Assembly: GCA_964436435.1 (NCBI GenBank)
Contig: CAYTCH010000001.1
Span: 822,184-886,183, forward strand
Origin: an uncultured Pseudomonadota bacterium
GTDB lineage: Bacteria > Babelota > Babeliae > Babelales > Vermiphilaceae
Length of the DNA stretch: 64,000 bases
Direction of reading: 5' to 3'
Shown: one piece after another, positions 45,031 to 53,270 of the stretch
Numbering within the stretch: position 1 is the first letter of the stretch
How the letters are laid out: every line of letters starts with the position of its first letter
Made by a program: the position numbers and the translations under genes
The notes under the pieces: model-generated
What the model saw: only the letters and a program-made list of their open reading frames with translations
The model's database searches: none
Told to the model about the DNA's origin: nothing

Positions 45031-46713
45031 GTGAGAATACAGAAGCTGATTTTTGTTTTGTTTTTTTTCTGTTCACATCAGGCGTTACAGTCATTTGCCG
45101 GTGGGCATGCGTATTTTGTTCCTCGCTCAGCAGCGAATAATGCCATCAGATTGATGATGGAAAAAAGTCCTATCATTGATAGTAATGCTTGGATAACGCC
45201 GGAATACACACGTTCATTCAGAGCAAATCAGATTTCCCGTTACTTGTTTGGGTGTGCTGGTGGAGTGCTTATGTTTTCTGGCAGCGCGGTGGCCAATCGA
45301 GGTAAAACTGACATTCTTGCCGATTATTTCGGTCTTTCTTCTGATTTTCAAAGTCAGGTACGTTTTTGCCCGGTGATTCAAAATTTTTTGGTGGATTGTG
45401 GTGTGAAGTTCAATCTTGATTGTTTATCTGAAGGATTATATTGGTCTTTGCAAGCGCCGTTGGTTTATACCAATTGGAATCTGCGAATGAGAGAATTTGT
45501 GACACAAAAAGGTGTTAATATTTCTCCTGCTGGTTATTTGTCGGGTGGTAATCAACCACTCCCGCGTGCACAGTTGGTTGCTGATGTTATAACTGCATTT
45601 CAAGGTAACGCAACCTTTGGTGACATGCAGGATCCGTTACTGTACGGCAAAATTTGTGGCAAACAAACACGCACTGAGATTGCAGAGATTCGTGAAGAAC
45701 TTGGTTGGAATTTTTGCAATCGCTATGATTGCACGGCCGACGTGCACCTGTTTCTTTCTATGCCTACCGGCACGCGTACGACCGGTGAATATCTGTTTGA
45801 GCCTATTGTTGGCAATTGTCATCATTGGGAAATTGGTATTGGTGGACATGTGAATAAAAGATTATGGGCAAGTGAATGTGGTGAGCATCAATGGTGGGGA
45901 TTTTTGCGCGCGAATATATCACATCTGTGTGCCACGCATCAGCGTCGCTCGTTTGATTTAAAAGTAGGTCGCGGCAGCCGTTATATGTTATTGGCGGGCA
46001 TGGACACCATTCATGATGATATTTTACAAATTCCTGATGGAACGCAGCCTGCGTATCAGTACATCAGTCATTTATATCCTGCCATTAATAAAACCACGTT
46101 TGATTGCCGTATCAATAGGGCAGCGCAGGCAGATTTTTCACTTGGTGTTGTATATAAATATGACGCATGGGATCTGAACTTTGGGTACGACCTTTGGTTG
46201 ATGAGCCGCGAGAAATTACAGTGCCGCGAACGTCTTGCAAGCAACAAGTTTGTGCTGAAAGGCGATGCGCAGATGTATGGTTTTGCTGATTTGTCTGATG
46301 TAACACCTGGAAAAGCTGTAGCTGTTCCATTGAGTGTATCGCAGCATGATGCAACATTATATGCAGGACAATTAACGGGAAATGCCACCTTGGAAAATAA
46401 CAATGCAGATAACCATCAATTGGCAATAGAAACAATTCATCCTGGTGTTTTGCATACTCAACCCGCGGCAGCGTCGGCGCAAATTAATGGCTCAAATCCT
46501 CTTATTTTTCTGACCGATGCTTATATTGATCAATGTTCTGCGCTTGCTCCACGAGCAAGTTCGAGCATGTTGTTTTTGTCTTGTCAGCGTACATTTGATC
46601 TGAATAAAAATTGGGATGCCTTTTTCGGCGTAGGTATTGACGTAGAGTTTGGTCATTCATGCGCGGCATTGTCGCAGTTTGGTGTGTGGTTGCGAGCGGG
46701 CGTTTCTTATTGA
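45031..46713 (+). CDS. Putative outer-membrane beta-barrel protein (MOMP/porin-like), Cys-rich, paralog of 56498-58069
   Basis: AAGGAG lies 6 nt before GTG 45031. Signal-like N-terminus. Shares blocks with the paralog (FCP, YGKICG, EYLFEPIVGNCHHW, RSFD). C-terminal ...WLRAGVSY has the aromatic terminus typical of barrels. Confidence 0.6.
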   Translation: MRIQKLIFVLFFFCSHQALQSFAGGHAYFVPRSAANNAIRLMMEKSPIIDSNAWITPEYTRSFRANQISRYLFGCAGGVLMFSGSAVANRGKTDILADYFGLSSDFQSQVRFCPVIQNFLVDCGVKFNLDCLSEGLYWSLQAPLVYTNWNLRMREFVTQKGVNISPAGYLSGGNQPLPRAQLVADVITAFQGNATFGDMQDPLLYGKICGKQTRTEIAEIREELGWNFCNRYDCTADVHLFLSMPTGTRTTGEYLFEPIVGNCHHWEIGIGGHVNKRLWASECGEHQWWGFLRANISHLCATHQRRSFDLKVGRGSRYMLLAGMDTIHDDILQIPDGTQPAYQYISHLYPAINKTTFDCRINRAAQADFSLGVVYKYDAWDLNFGYDLWLMSREKLQCRERLASNKFVLKGDAQMYGFADLSDVTPGKAVAVPLSVSQHDATLYAGQLTGNATLENNNADNHQLAIETIHPGVLHTQPAAASAQINGSNPLIFLTDAYIDQCSALAPRASSSMLFLSCQRTFDLNKNWDAFFGVGIDVEFGHSCAALSQFGVWLRAGVSY

Positions 46714-46733
46714 TTGTATAAAGGAGATTTATA

Positions 46734-49532
46734 ATGACGATGAAAAAGTGGTGTATAACAAGTCTGTTTGCAGGATTATGGTGCGTGCAGGCGTATGGAA
46801 TGTTGTATGTGAATACGTATAAAATTGAAAATGAACAGCCCGCGATATTCAAAAAAAATATTGAGATGGCCATTGATGCGGGCAAGAAAATTGTTTTTGA
46901 TAGCATAAAAAGTCAGGCGCTTGCATTGCAAAAAATGCAGGAGAATAAAAAGATTTTTGATTCTTATTTTTTAAGAAAGTTTCAGGGGGCAGGAGGTCTT
47001 GTTGGTTTTGATTGGTTACAAAATGCTCTTAGGGGGGTTGAGACATTGTCTGTGGCACAGCGTCCCGTTTTTGAGGAGAAGATAAAAAAAGCTCTGCAAA
47101 AAATTATAAGAGGGGCAAAGGTTGATGACGCTCGTCAAGATTTTGGTGTTATTGGGGGCGTACCTGGTGGACAAGGTGGTGGAGTGCTGGGCGGAGTTCC
47201 AGGTGGGCAAGCAGGCCAAGGTGAAGTTCCTGGCGGAATTCCTGGTGAAGTTCCAGGTGATGACTTAGTGCCACCGCAAGAAGAAGGAGATCTTGCTCAA
47301 CCTCCAGTGCTAGAAGAAGAAGCAGGGCCGGTAGGTGGCGAACAAGCACAAAAAAAGCCAGCTGGTCCTCAAGTGCTTTCGGCTGATGAGCTTGCTGTAT
47401 TGGATCCTCAAGCCAAGGCAAAATCAGATACGCTGTTTATTGAAAAATTACGAGAAATTTCAAAGATGCTCAATTTTTCAAAAACATGGCAAGCGCAGTT
47501 TGAAGAGTCCATGAAGCGTTTGCAGGAGATGAGAAAGAATAAGGATTTTTTTGGGCGAGAAAGTTTTGACAAACTGTTTGCATCAATAGAAAAACCACAC
47601 AAAGATATGACGTTGGTAGGACCTTTAGCTGACCTGTTTGATAAATATCTGGTACGTGCGAAAGATGTTGAAGTTTCTGCCTATTTAGGAACGCTTAAAA
47701 ATAATTTCATGCAGGGATTTTCTGCTGGTATTGGCAAAGAATTGGCCGATCTTTTAAAGACATGTTTGTTTGATCCAACAAAATTTATGGCCATTGAAGA
47801 AGACATTATTCGATTGTGCACGTCGCTGGTTATGCTCACACGGGGTGTTGAGCCGGATGCTGAAAAATTATCTAAAGTGCAACAGTTCAGGTCAGATCAA
47901 GCAGTTGTTGAGTTGTTTCAACGGTTTAATGCCGGGACAGGTTCTTTTGCTGGTAAAGTAGGCAAGGACTTGCTCAAACAGTTTGCGCGGGAGATTAACC
48001 TGTTAAGAATCACGCCTGATTTTTTGAAGTACAAAAAGTTATCAGAGAAGGGAAAAGGGTTATTGGCAATTTCGCCTCTTGATCTGTTGTGCGATGCTGC
48101 GTATGGAACAGGAGAGATTAAGCAGAGTGATTTTGGTATTTTTATGGGTATTCTTTTCAATCCTGAAGCCAATAAGGGATATTTGAAAGGTGAAAAAATC
48201 AACAAAGAGCTGGTGATTGTAAAAGTGTTTGATTTGAAAAAATCGGTTGAGGATTTATTAAAAACAAAGACGGTGCGGGATCTTATTACACAGTTATCAA
48301 CCCTAGAAAAAGGTTTGGCGGCAGATCCTGCAAGAGTTGTAGTTGTGACTGGTCTTATCAAGATGATAAGAGATAATGCTGATGCGCAAAATATTGTAGA
48401 TGAACTCAAAAAAATTGCAGGCTGGGTTGGTTTGCGTCTACCAGATGAAGCTCGCCTGGTACAACAGTTGAATGAAGGGAGAGCAAGTCAACAGTTACAG
48501 GATGGCGTTAAAGCCGCTTTTGCTGCTGCAAAAAAGAAGATAGTATTAAAGCCTCAAGAAGATATTACATCGCTTCTTTATGAAGAGCTTGCAAAGGCTC
48601 CAGGTATGAATAAAGAAGCATTGCAAGATGTCTTTTCTAATTCAGAAAGAACGCTTGATGCGCTGAAGGAATTTTTTACAAGAACATTGAAGCTCAAAGG
48701 TTTAGATTCAAGTACATTGGTGAAATTGAATATGAACATCAAACCATTGGGCGTTATACTGCAGGCACTGACGGCCTTGCCAGGTTATAAGGGAAAGCGT
48801 TTAAAGCTTGAGATGTTACATGATTTTATTGAAGTACTGATGTTTCCTCAAGAAAAGCTGAAGAATGAGGAAGTTGCCGATCCAGTTTTTGAACCGATCA
48901 TCAATAATAGAGATGAAATATCGGGCGGTTGGGTGTTTAAGGCAGATTTTGAGGCACTTAAAAAAGCGGTGAAGAGCAAAGATTTTGTTACCCTAGAAAA
49001 GGCTTTGAGCGATTTTGTGGCATCATGCGGTGCCTGGGCTCAGACAAAAGATGATCAAGATAAATGGAACCAGACCGTTGTTCAGGCGAATCAGATTATC
49101 AAAACAGCCATGCAAGATATAGCCAAGGGTATTCCGATTGCCATTATTAAAGAGTTGGAAAAATTGTTACAGGGTGACAGTGAGTTAAATGGTCAGCCGA
49201 TTATTCCTGAATTGATTATTCAAGACAAGGGAGGTTATGACCGTAATAAGTTGATTATAAAAATTCTTGATCTGTTGAAAGCAAATGCAACACTTAAGGA
49301 TTTGGTAAAACTGATACGAGACAATATGCTTCCTGCAAAATTGAAAGTATTGGATACATCTGACATGTCTGTAGTGGTAACAAAATATAAAGCAATTCTA
49401 GAGGAAATTAATAAAGCAGTTGATCCAGGACTGTTTGCCGATCCATTACGACAGCAAACCCTTGATGGTATCAAAAGCTATTTTGACACTGTGAAAAATT
49501 TGTTAGATCAGTGTAAAGGGTATATGCAATAG
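46734..49532 (+). CDS. Large exported helical protein with an elastin-like Gly/Pro-rich insert
   Basis: AAGGAG RBS. 20 nt after the OMP stop. Signal peptide MTMKKWCITSLFAGLWCVQAYG. GGVPGGQGGGVLGGVPGGQAGQGEVPGGIPGEVPG at residues ~140-175. No known domain recognised. Confidence 0.65.
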   Translation: MTMKKWCITSLFAGLWCVQAYGMLYVNTYKIENEQPAIFKKNIEMAIDAGKKIVFDSIKSQALALQKMQENKKIFDSYFLRKFQGAGGLVGFDWLQNALRGVETLSVAQRPVFEEKIKKALQKIIRGAKVDDARQDFGVIGGVPGGQGGGVLGGVPGGQAGQGEVPGGIPGEVPGDDLVPPQEEGDLAQPPVLEEEAGPVGGEQAQKKPAGPQVLSADELAVLDPQAKAKSDTLFIEKLREISKMLNFSKTWQAQFEESMKRLQEMRKNKDFFGRESFDKLFASIEKPHKDMTLVGPLADLFDKYLVRAKDVEVSAYLGTLKNNFMQGFSAGIGKELADLLKTCLFDPTKFMAIEEDIIRLCTSLVMLTRGVEPDAEKLSKVQQFRSDQAVVELFQRFNAGTGSFAGKVGKDLLKQFAREINLLRITPDFLKYKKLSEKGKGLLAISPLDLLCDAAYGTGEIKQSDFGIFMGILFNPEANKGYLKGEKINKELVIVKVFDLKKSVEDLLKTKTVRDLITQLSTLEKGLAADPARVVVVTGLIKMIRDNADAQNIVDELKKIAGWVGLRLPDEARLVQQLNEGRASQQLQDGVKAAFAAAKKKIVLKPQEDITSLLYEELAKAPGMNKEALQDVFSNSERTLDALKEFFTRTLKLKGLDSSTLVKLNMNIKPLGVILQALTALPGYKGKRLKLEMLHDFIEVLMFPQEKLKNEEVADPVFEPIINNRDEISGGWVFKADFEALKKAVKSKDFVTLEKALSDFVASCGAWAQTKDDQDKWNQTVVQANQIIKTAMQDIAKGIPIAIIKELEKLLQGDSELNGQPIIPELIIQDKGGYDRNKLIIKILDLLKANATLKDLVKLIRDNMLPAKLKVLDTSDMSVVVTKYKAILEEINKAVDPGLFADPLRQQTLDGIKSYFDTVKNLLDQCKGYMQ

Positions 49533-49556
49533 TAGAGTTGTGTGACCAATAAATCA

Positions 49557-49589
49557 GGGCCGGAAGATATGTAATGTATCTTCCGGCCC
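49557..49589. terminator. Convergent-gene hairpin (probable bidirectional terminator)
   Basis: 13-bp perfect stem GGGCCGGAAGATA / TATCTTCCGGCCC with a 7-nt loop. Only weak T-tracts on either side. Confidence 0.6.
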
Positions 49590-49626
49590 TGCCTGTGTCT
49601 ACAGATTTCGCAAAAGCTCAAACTCT

Positions 49627-50535
49627 TTATACGGTTTGATACCCTTTTAATGTTTTTAACGCCAAGAGACTTTTTGCATACATCTGCGCAATTTGTAACT
49701 GCGGCAATGTTTTGGTGGTTTGGTCATTGTATGCCGTGGTTACTGTGATGGGCCAGGTGGTGGATTCAGGCGGTGTGATATTGCCACTTAAAATTCCTTG
49801 TGCTATCCATGCCTGTGTTGAAGCATAAGATTGTTGAGCAGCTTTGAGTGTTTTGGTGAGACGAAGAGCTTCGAGTGACGAATTGAAGGTGGCGATAGCC
49901 GCAGGAGTTGTTTTATAGGGAATATAGGAGTCCATGCTTTTTTTGACGGTTGTTATAACGGGGAGCATGGATTTACTCATCTCGGTCCAGGTGTGTGCGA
50001 TGGGTGTTTGTGGAGCAAGCGCAGTGGCTAGAAATTCCTCTATAGTCTTACCTTGTACTATGATTGCGAGCATGGCGTCATAGTGATCGCTTTTGTGTTC
50101 ATCGTCGAGATTTGGCATCTGTGTGTACAAGGCGATAATCTCTTGCTCCAGCGAGTGGTACCGTGCAAAAAGAGTGCTCACTGTTGTTTGTTCGTGTTCA
50201 AATTCAAACGTGATATGTGTGGCCACATGGTCAGAATACGTTTGCTCAAGTATTGTCATCCAGAACGGGGCAAGGCTTGCGTTGATTTTTTCTACAACTC
50301 GTTTTTTGGTGGCATCCAGTGCTTGTGCTGCTGCGGGCAGCGAATCGGTTGCTTGGATGATGGCAATGAGGTCATTGAGTTCGATGGACGGTTTTCTGTT
50401 TTTGAAAAATTCGAGTTTTCCAGCATATGCAGATGGTTGATCAGGGAGTTGTGTTGGTTCCATGGAGAAAAGAACAGTGCAGATATTCAGGAGTGTTGAG
50501 ATAATCAAAATATCTTTGTGGTGATACATATTCAT
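49627..50535 (-). CDS. Hypothetical exported protein
   Basis: AAAGGAAA RBS. Hydrophobic N-terminus ILIISTLLNICTVLFS. 302 aa. No known family. Confidence 0.55.
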   Translation of the reverse strand: MNMYHHKDILIISTLLNICTVLFSMEPTQLPDQPSAYAGKLEFFKNRKPSIELNDLIAIIQATDSLPAAAQALDATKKRVVEKINASLAPFWMTILEQTYSDHVATHITFEFEHEQTTVSTLFARYHSLEQEIIALYTQMPNLDDEHKSDHYDAMLAIIVQGKTIEEFLATALAPQTPIAHTWTEMSKSMLPVITTVKKSMDSYIPYKTTPAAIATFNSSLEALRLTKTLKAAQQSYASTQAWIAQGILSGNITPPESTTWPITVTTAYNDQTTKTLPQLQIAQMYAKSLLALKTLKGYQTV

Positions 50536-50632
50536 GGTCGGTTTCCTTTTTTGAGAAATAGATTGCTTTCAGTAACCAGGACATACGTACCACGAACGAG
50601 ATTATTTATTCAAGTATTTTGTTGGGAAGTAA

Positions 50633-50669
50633 GAGAGAGCCGGAAGCGAAGTGCGCTTCCGGCTCTCTC
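50633..50669 (-). terminator. Long hairpin downstream of the 852-aa ORF
   Basis: 16-bp perfect stem GAGAGAGCCGGAAGCG / CGCTTCCGGCTCTCTC with a 5-nt loop. Confidence 0.6.
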
Positions 50670-50683
50670 TTACTGAGAGATTT

Positions 50684-53242
50684 TTATTTTATGTTTTGTT
50701 TATTTTTGGATTCAAGTTGTTGATTGCGGAGTTCATATTGATGTGAAAAAATATTAATTATAGCATTTTTTGCGTTAACAAAATTAAATGAAGTAACACT
50801 GTCTGCTTCTTTAGTAGATGTTATTGCTTCAGTAATTTTCTTGTTGAATTTTTCTTTAAGCCCTTCTAGGGCAATTATGGTTGGTGCTGTTTTTAATTCA
50901 CTTATGACAACTGCTGCTACTGCAAGATTATTGAGCTGAGCAGCAAAATTTGTGTGAATTTGATTAAATAAGTTTAGATTTTCATCAATATGATCTAAGT
51001 CCTGTTCCGCTTCAACAAAGAAATCTACAAATGCCTTATTGCGCTCACTAGGAAAGGGAGCTGTTTTCATGGTATATAAAGCTTGTAGAATTGGTGTTTC
51101 CTGTTTTTCTACAGGTTGTTTGCGCAAATTAATTAAGTTTTTGCCCATTTGTAAGATATCATTAAGTAGGTCTTGGAGTTTTTCAGTTTCTGTAAGGTTT
51201 TTTGTTTTAGGATTGGATAAGAAACTGTTTATTTTAGCATTGAGCGTTTTATGGCGTTGCATAGTCTGTCCAAATACCTTCGCGAGTTCTTGTTCATTAT
51301 AGTTGTTTATTAGGTTAGATTTTTTGAGTTCTAAGTCCTTTAGAAATTCTTCAGTAGCTTTAATTTCTTTTTCAATTTCAATTTTTGCTGGATCTGTTTG
51401 TAGGGGAGTTTTCTTTTCAAGAGGAGACGATGATTCTTTTTTAATTGTTTTTGGGAGCGCCTTAATCAGCTTCGACGTGGTCGTGTCATTTAAGTTTTTA
51501 AGCTCTACTTGTTGTTCAAAATCGAGTTCTGAATTATTTATTAATGCAGTAATAATTTTCCACTCTGTTTCTATTGCCATTTCATTTTTTAATGTGGCAA
51601 GGTTGGCAATTTTTTCCTTAAACTCATTATACTTTTCGATGTTTTTTGATGTTTTTTTAAATTGTGTAGCAAGTTTTTCCATGAGAACGTCTTTCTCTCC
51701 GAAAGCATTTTTGATTTTGTTGGAAATAGTCTGCCATTTTGAAAATAAAGACTGGATTGTTTCTAGTGTCGCAAGATCAGCAATATTTTTTTCAATCTCT
51801 GTGCGTTGTGTTTCTAGGGTTGGTTGTTGTGGTTTGTTGATTTTCTTTAGTAGAGCCTCAAGAGACTTGTTGAAGGCTTTGTTAAGATCACTTAAGAGTT
51901 CACTAGAGCTGTCAAAATTTTTGACAATTTCTTGAGTAATTTTAGTTCTTTCTTCGTATAACTTATTCTCGTCTTGTAATGTGGCAAGCTTGGCGATATC
52001 TTTTTCAATCTTTTTGTGTTGTTCTTCTTTGTTCATTTGTGGATGTTGTTGTTCGAGTTTTACCTTCTCCCTACTGTAGGCATCAATAAATTTATCGTGA
52101 GCGCCCTTTATATAATTATCATATTTATCAAAGCCATCAATTCGGTGTGCTGTTGTGGCCAGGTCGTTCACCTTTTGAAGTGCGGTCGCAAATTCTTGCT
52201 GGGACATGCGAGGAAGAGATTGTTGTGCATCTTTTATTTGTTCAACATAAGATTGGATTTGATCTTCAAGTGATATATTGATGACCTCATATTTTTTTGG
52301 TTGTTCTTTTACCGGTGAAGCTGGTATGTTTTCATCTTTCCCTTCCTCTTCTGGTTCTGTCATGGTTTTTTTAAGCGCCTCGAGAGTGGCCTTTTCATAC
52401 TGAGGTTCATAAATGCTTGCAAAGATCCCTTGAGCCATCTCAAGATTTTCCTTTTGGTCATCTGTTGTGGCTAACTCTTTTGCCTGCTTTATATAGGTTT
52501 GCACTTGAGTGTTGATTTGTTCGAGTTGTTGACGATCGTTGATTTTTTCAAGTGACTCTTGTGCTTCTGTAATTTTTGCAAGCAGGGCAGGGAGTGTTTC
52601 TGGTTCACCTTTTTGTTTTTGGACATTTGTTTTGATGTCACGCAAGAGTTCAGAAAATTTTGTAACGGTGGTTTCGAATTCCTTTTGAATATCAGAGTTT
52701 TTATCGAGTTTTTTTGCTATTGCAGCGAGTTTATTGACTTGTTGCTCTGCTTTTTTGATCTCATTTTCTAACGTAATGAGTCTTTTTGGTTCTAATTTTT
52801 GCTTGGCAGCTTCTTTAAGTTGCTCAAGCGTTTGTTGTATTTCGTCAATTTTGTCACGATCTTCTGCTACAACAGAATACATAGTTATGTCATAGGCTCT
52901 TTTGATAAAGGAAAGAAAAGCATTTTGTTCACGAAGGTCAGGTATGTTTTTTTGAGCATACGCTTGTGCTTGGGTTACAATAGTTGCTGCGTTGGGATCA
53001 TCTACTGAAGAGATACCTTTAATTATTTTGATGTAATTTAAGCGAGCATCTTCTCGCTTTTCTTCTGATGCCGGCTCAATAAAAGGAGTTTGAAATTGTT
53101 GTTGTACTGGGACTGATGCTTGTTTTTTTTGTTGAGATTGTTTGAAACTTCTTTCCAGAGCATAAACCGTTGATGAAGCCCCACATGATATCACAATAAA
53201 CGAAACCGTGATAAACGAATTAAATGATTGATATTTTAACAT
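50684..53242 (-). CDS. Large exported coiled-coil protein with internal ~60-70-aa repeats
   Basis: Signal/leader MLKYQSFNSFITVSFIVISCGASSTVYALERSFKQSQ is nearly identical to that of the next gene. K/E/Q-rich heptad-like sequence. Repeats IEKDIAKLATL / IEKNIADLATL / FKEKIANLATL. Confidence 0.65.
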   Translation of the reverse strand: MLKYQSFNSFITVSFIVISCGASSTVYALERSFKQSQQKKQASVPVQQQFQTPFIEPASEEKREDARLNYIKIIKGISSVDDPNAATIVTQAQAYAQKNIPDLREQNAFLSFIKRAYDITMYSVVAEDRDKIDEIQQTLEQLKEAAKQKLEPKRLITLENEIKKAEQQVNKLAAIAKKLDKNSDIQKEFETTVTKFSELLRDIKTNVQKQKGEPETLPALLAKITEAQESLEKINDRQQLEQINTQVQTYIKQAKELATTDDQKENLEMAQGIFASIYEPQYEKATLEALKKTMTEPEEEGKDENIPASPVKEQPKKYEVINISLEDQIQSYVEQIKDAQQSLPRMSQQEFATALQKVNDLATTAHRIDGFDKYDNYIKGAHDKFIDAYSREKVKLEQQHPQMNKEEQHKKIEKDIAKLATLQDENKLYEERTKITQEIVKNFDSSSELLSDLNKAFNKSLEALLKKINKPQQPTLETQRTEIEKNIADLATLETIQSLFSKWQTISNKIKNAFGEKDVLMEKLATQFKKTSKNIEKYNEFKEKIANLATLKNEMAIETEWKIITALINNSELDFEQQVELKNLNDTTTSKLIKALPKTIKKESSSPLEKKTPLQTDPAKIEIEKEIKATEEFLKDLELKKSNLINNYNEQELAKVFGQTMQRHKTLNAKINSFLSNPKTKNLTETEKLQDLLNDILQMGKNLINLRKQPVEKQETPILQALYTMKTAPFPSERNKAFVDFFVEAEQDLDHIDENLNLFNQIHTNFAAQLNNLAVAAVVISELKTAPTIIALEGLKEKFNKKITEAITSTKEADSVTSFNFVNAKNAIINIFSHQYELRNQQLESKNKQNIK
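53100..53220 (-). repeat. Leader-cassette DNA repeat, copy 1 (5' end of the 852-aa ORF)
   Basis: ...GAGATTGTTTGAAACTTCTTTCCAGAGCATAAACCGTTGATGAAGCCCCACATGATATCACAATAAACGAAACCGTGAT... is near-identical to 54676-54790. Confidence 0.85.
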
Positions 53243-53270
53243 GATACAGTATTCCTTTTGGGCGGTGAGT

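Noticed and set aside
49557-50669. The 302-aa gene is flanked by two long hairpins that share the core GCCGGAAG...CTTCCGGC; considered an integron attC-like cassette or a MITE.
   Set aside because: Both hairpins sit exactly where terminators of flanking convergent or tandem genes are expected. Other terminators in the window are also GCCGG-rich. There are no integrase, target-site duplications or terminal inverted repeats linking the two.
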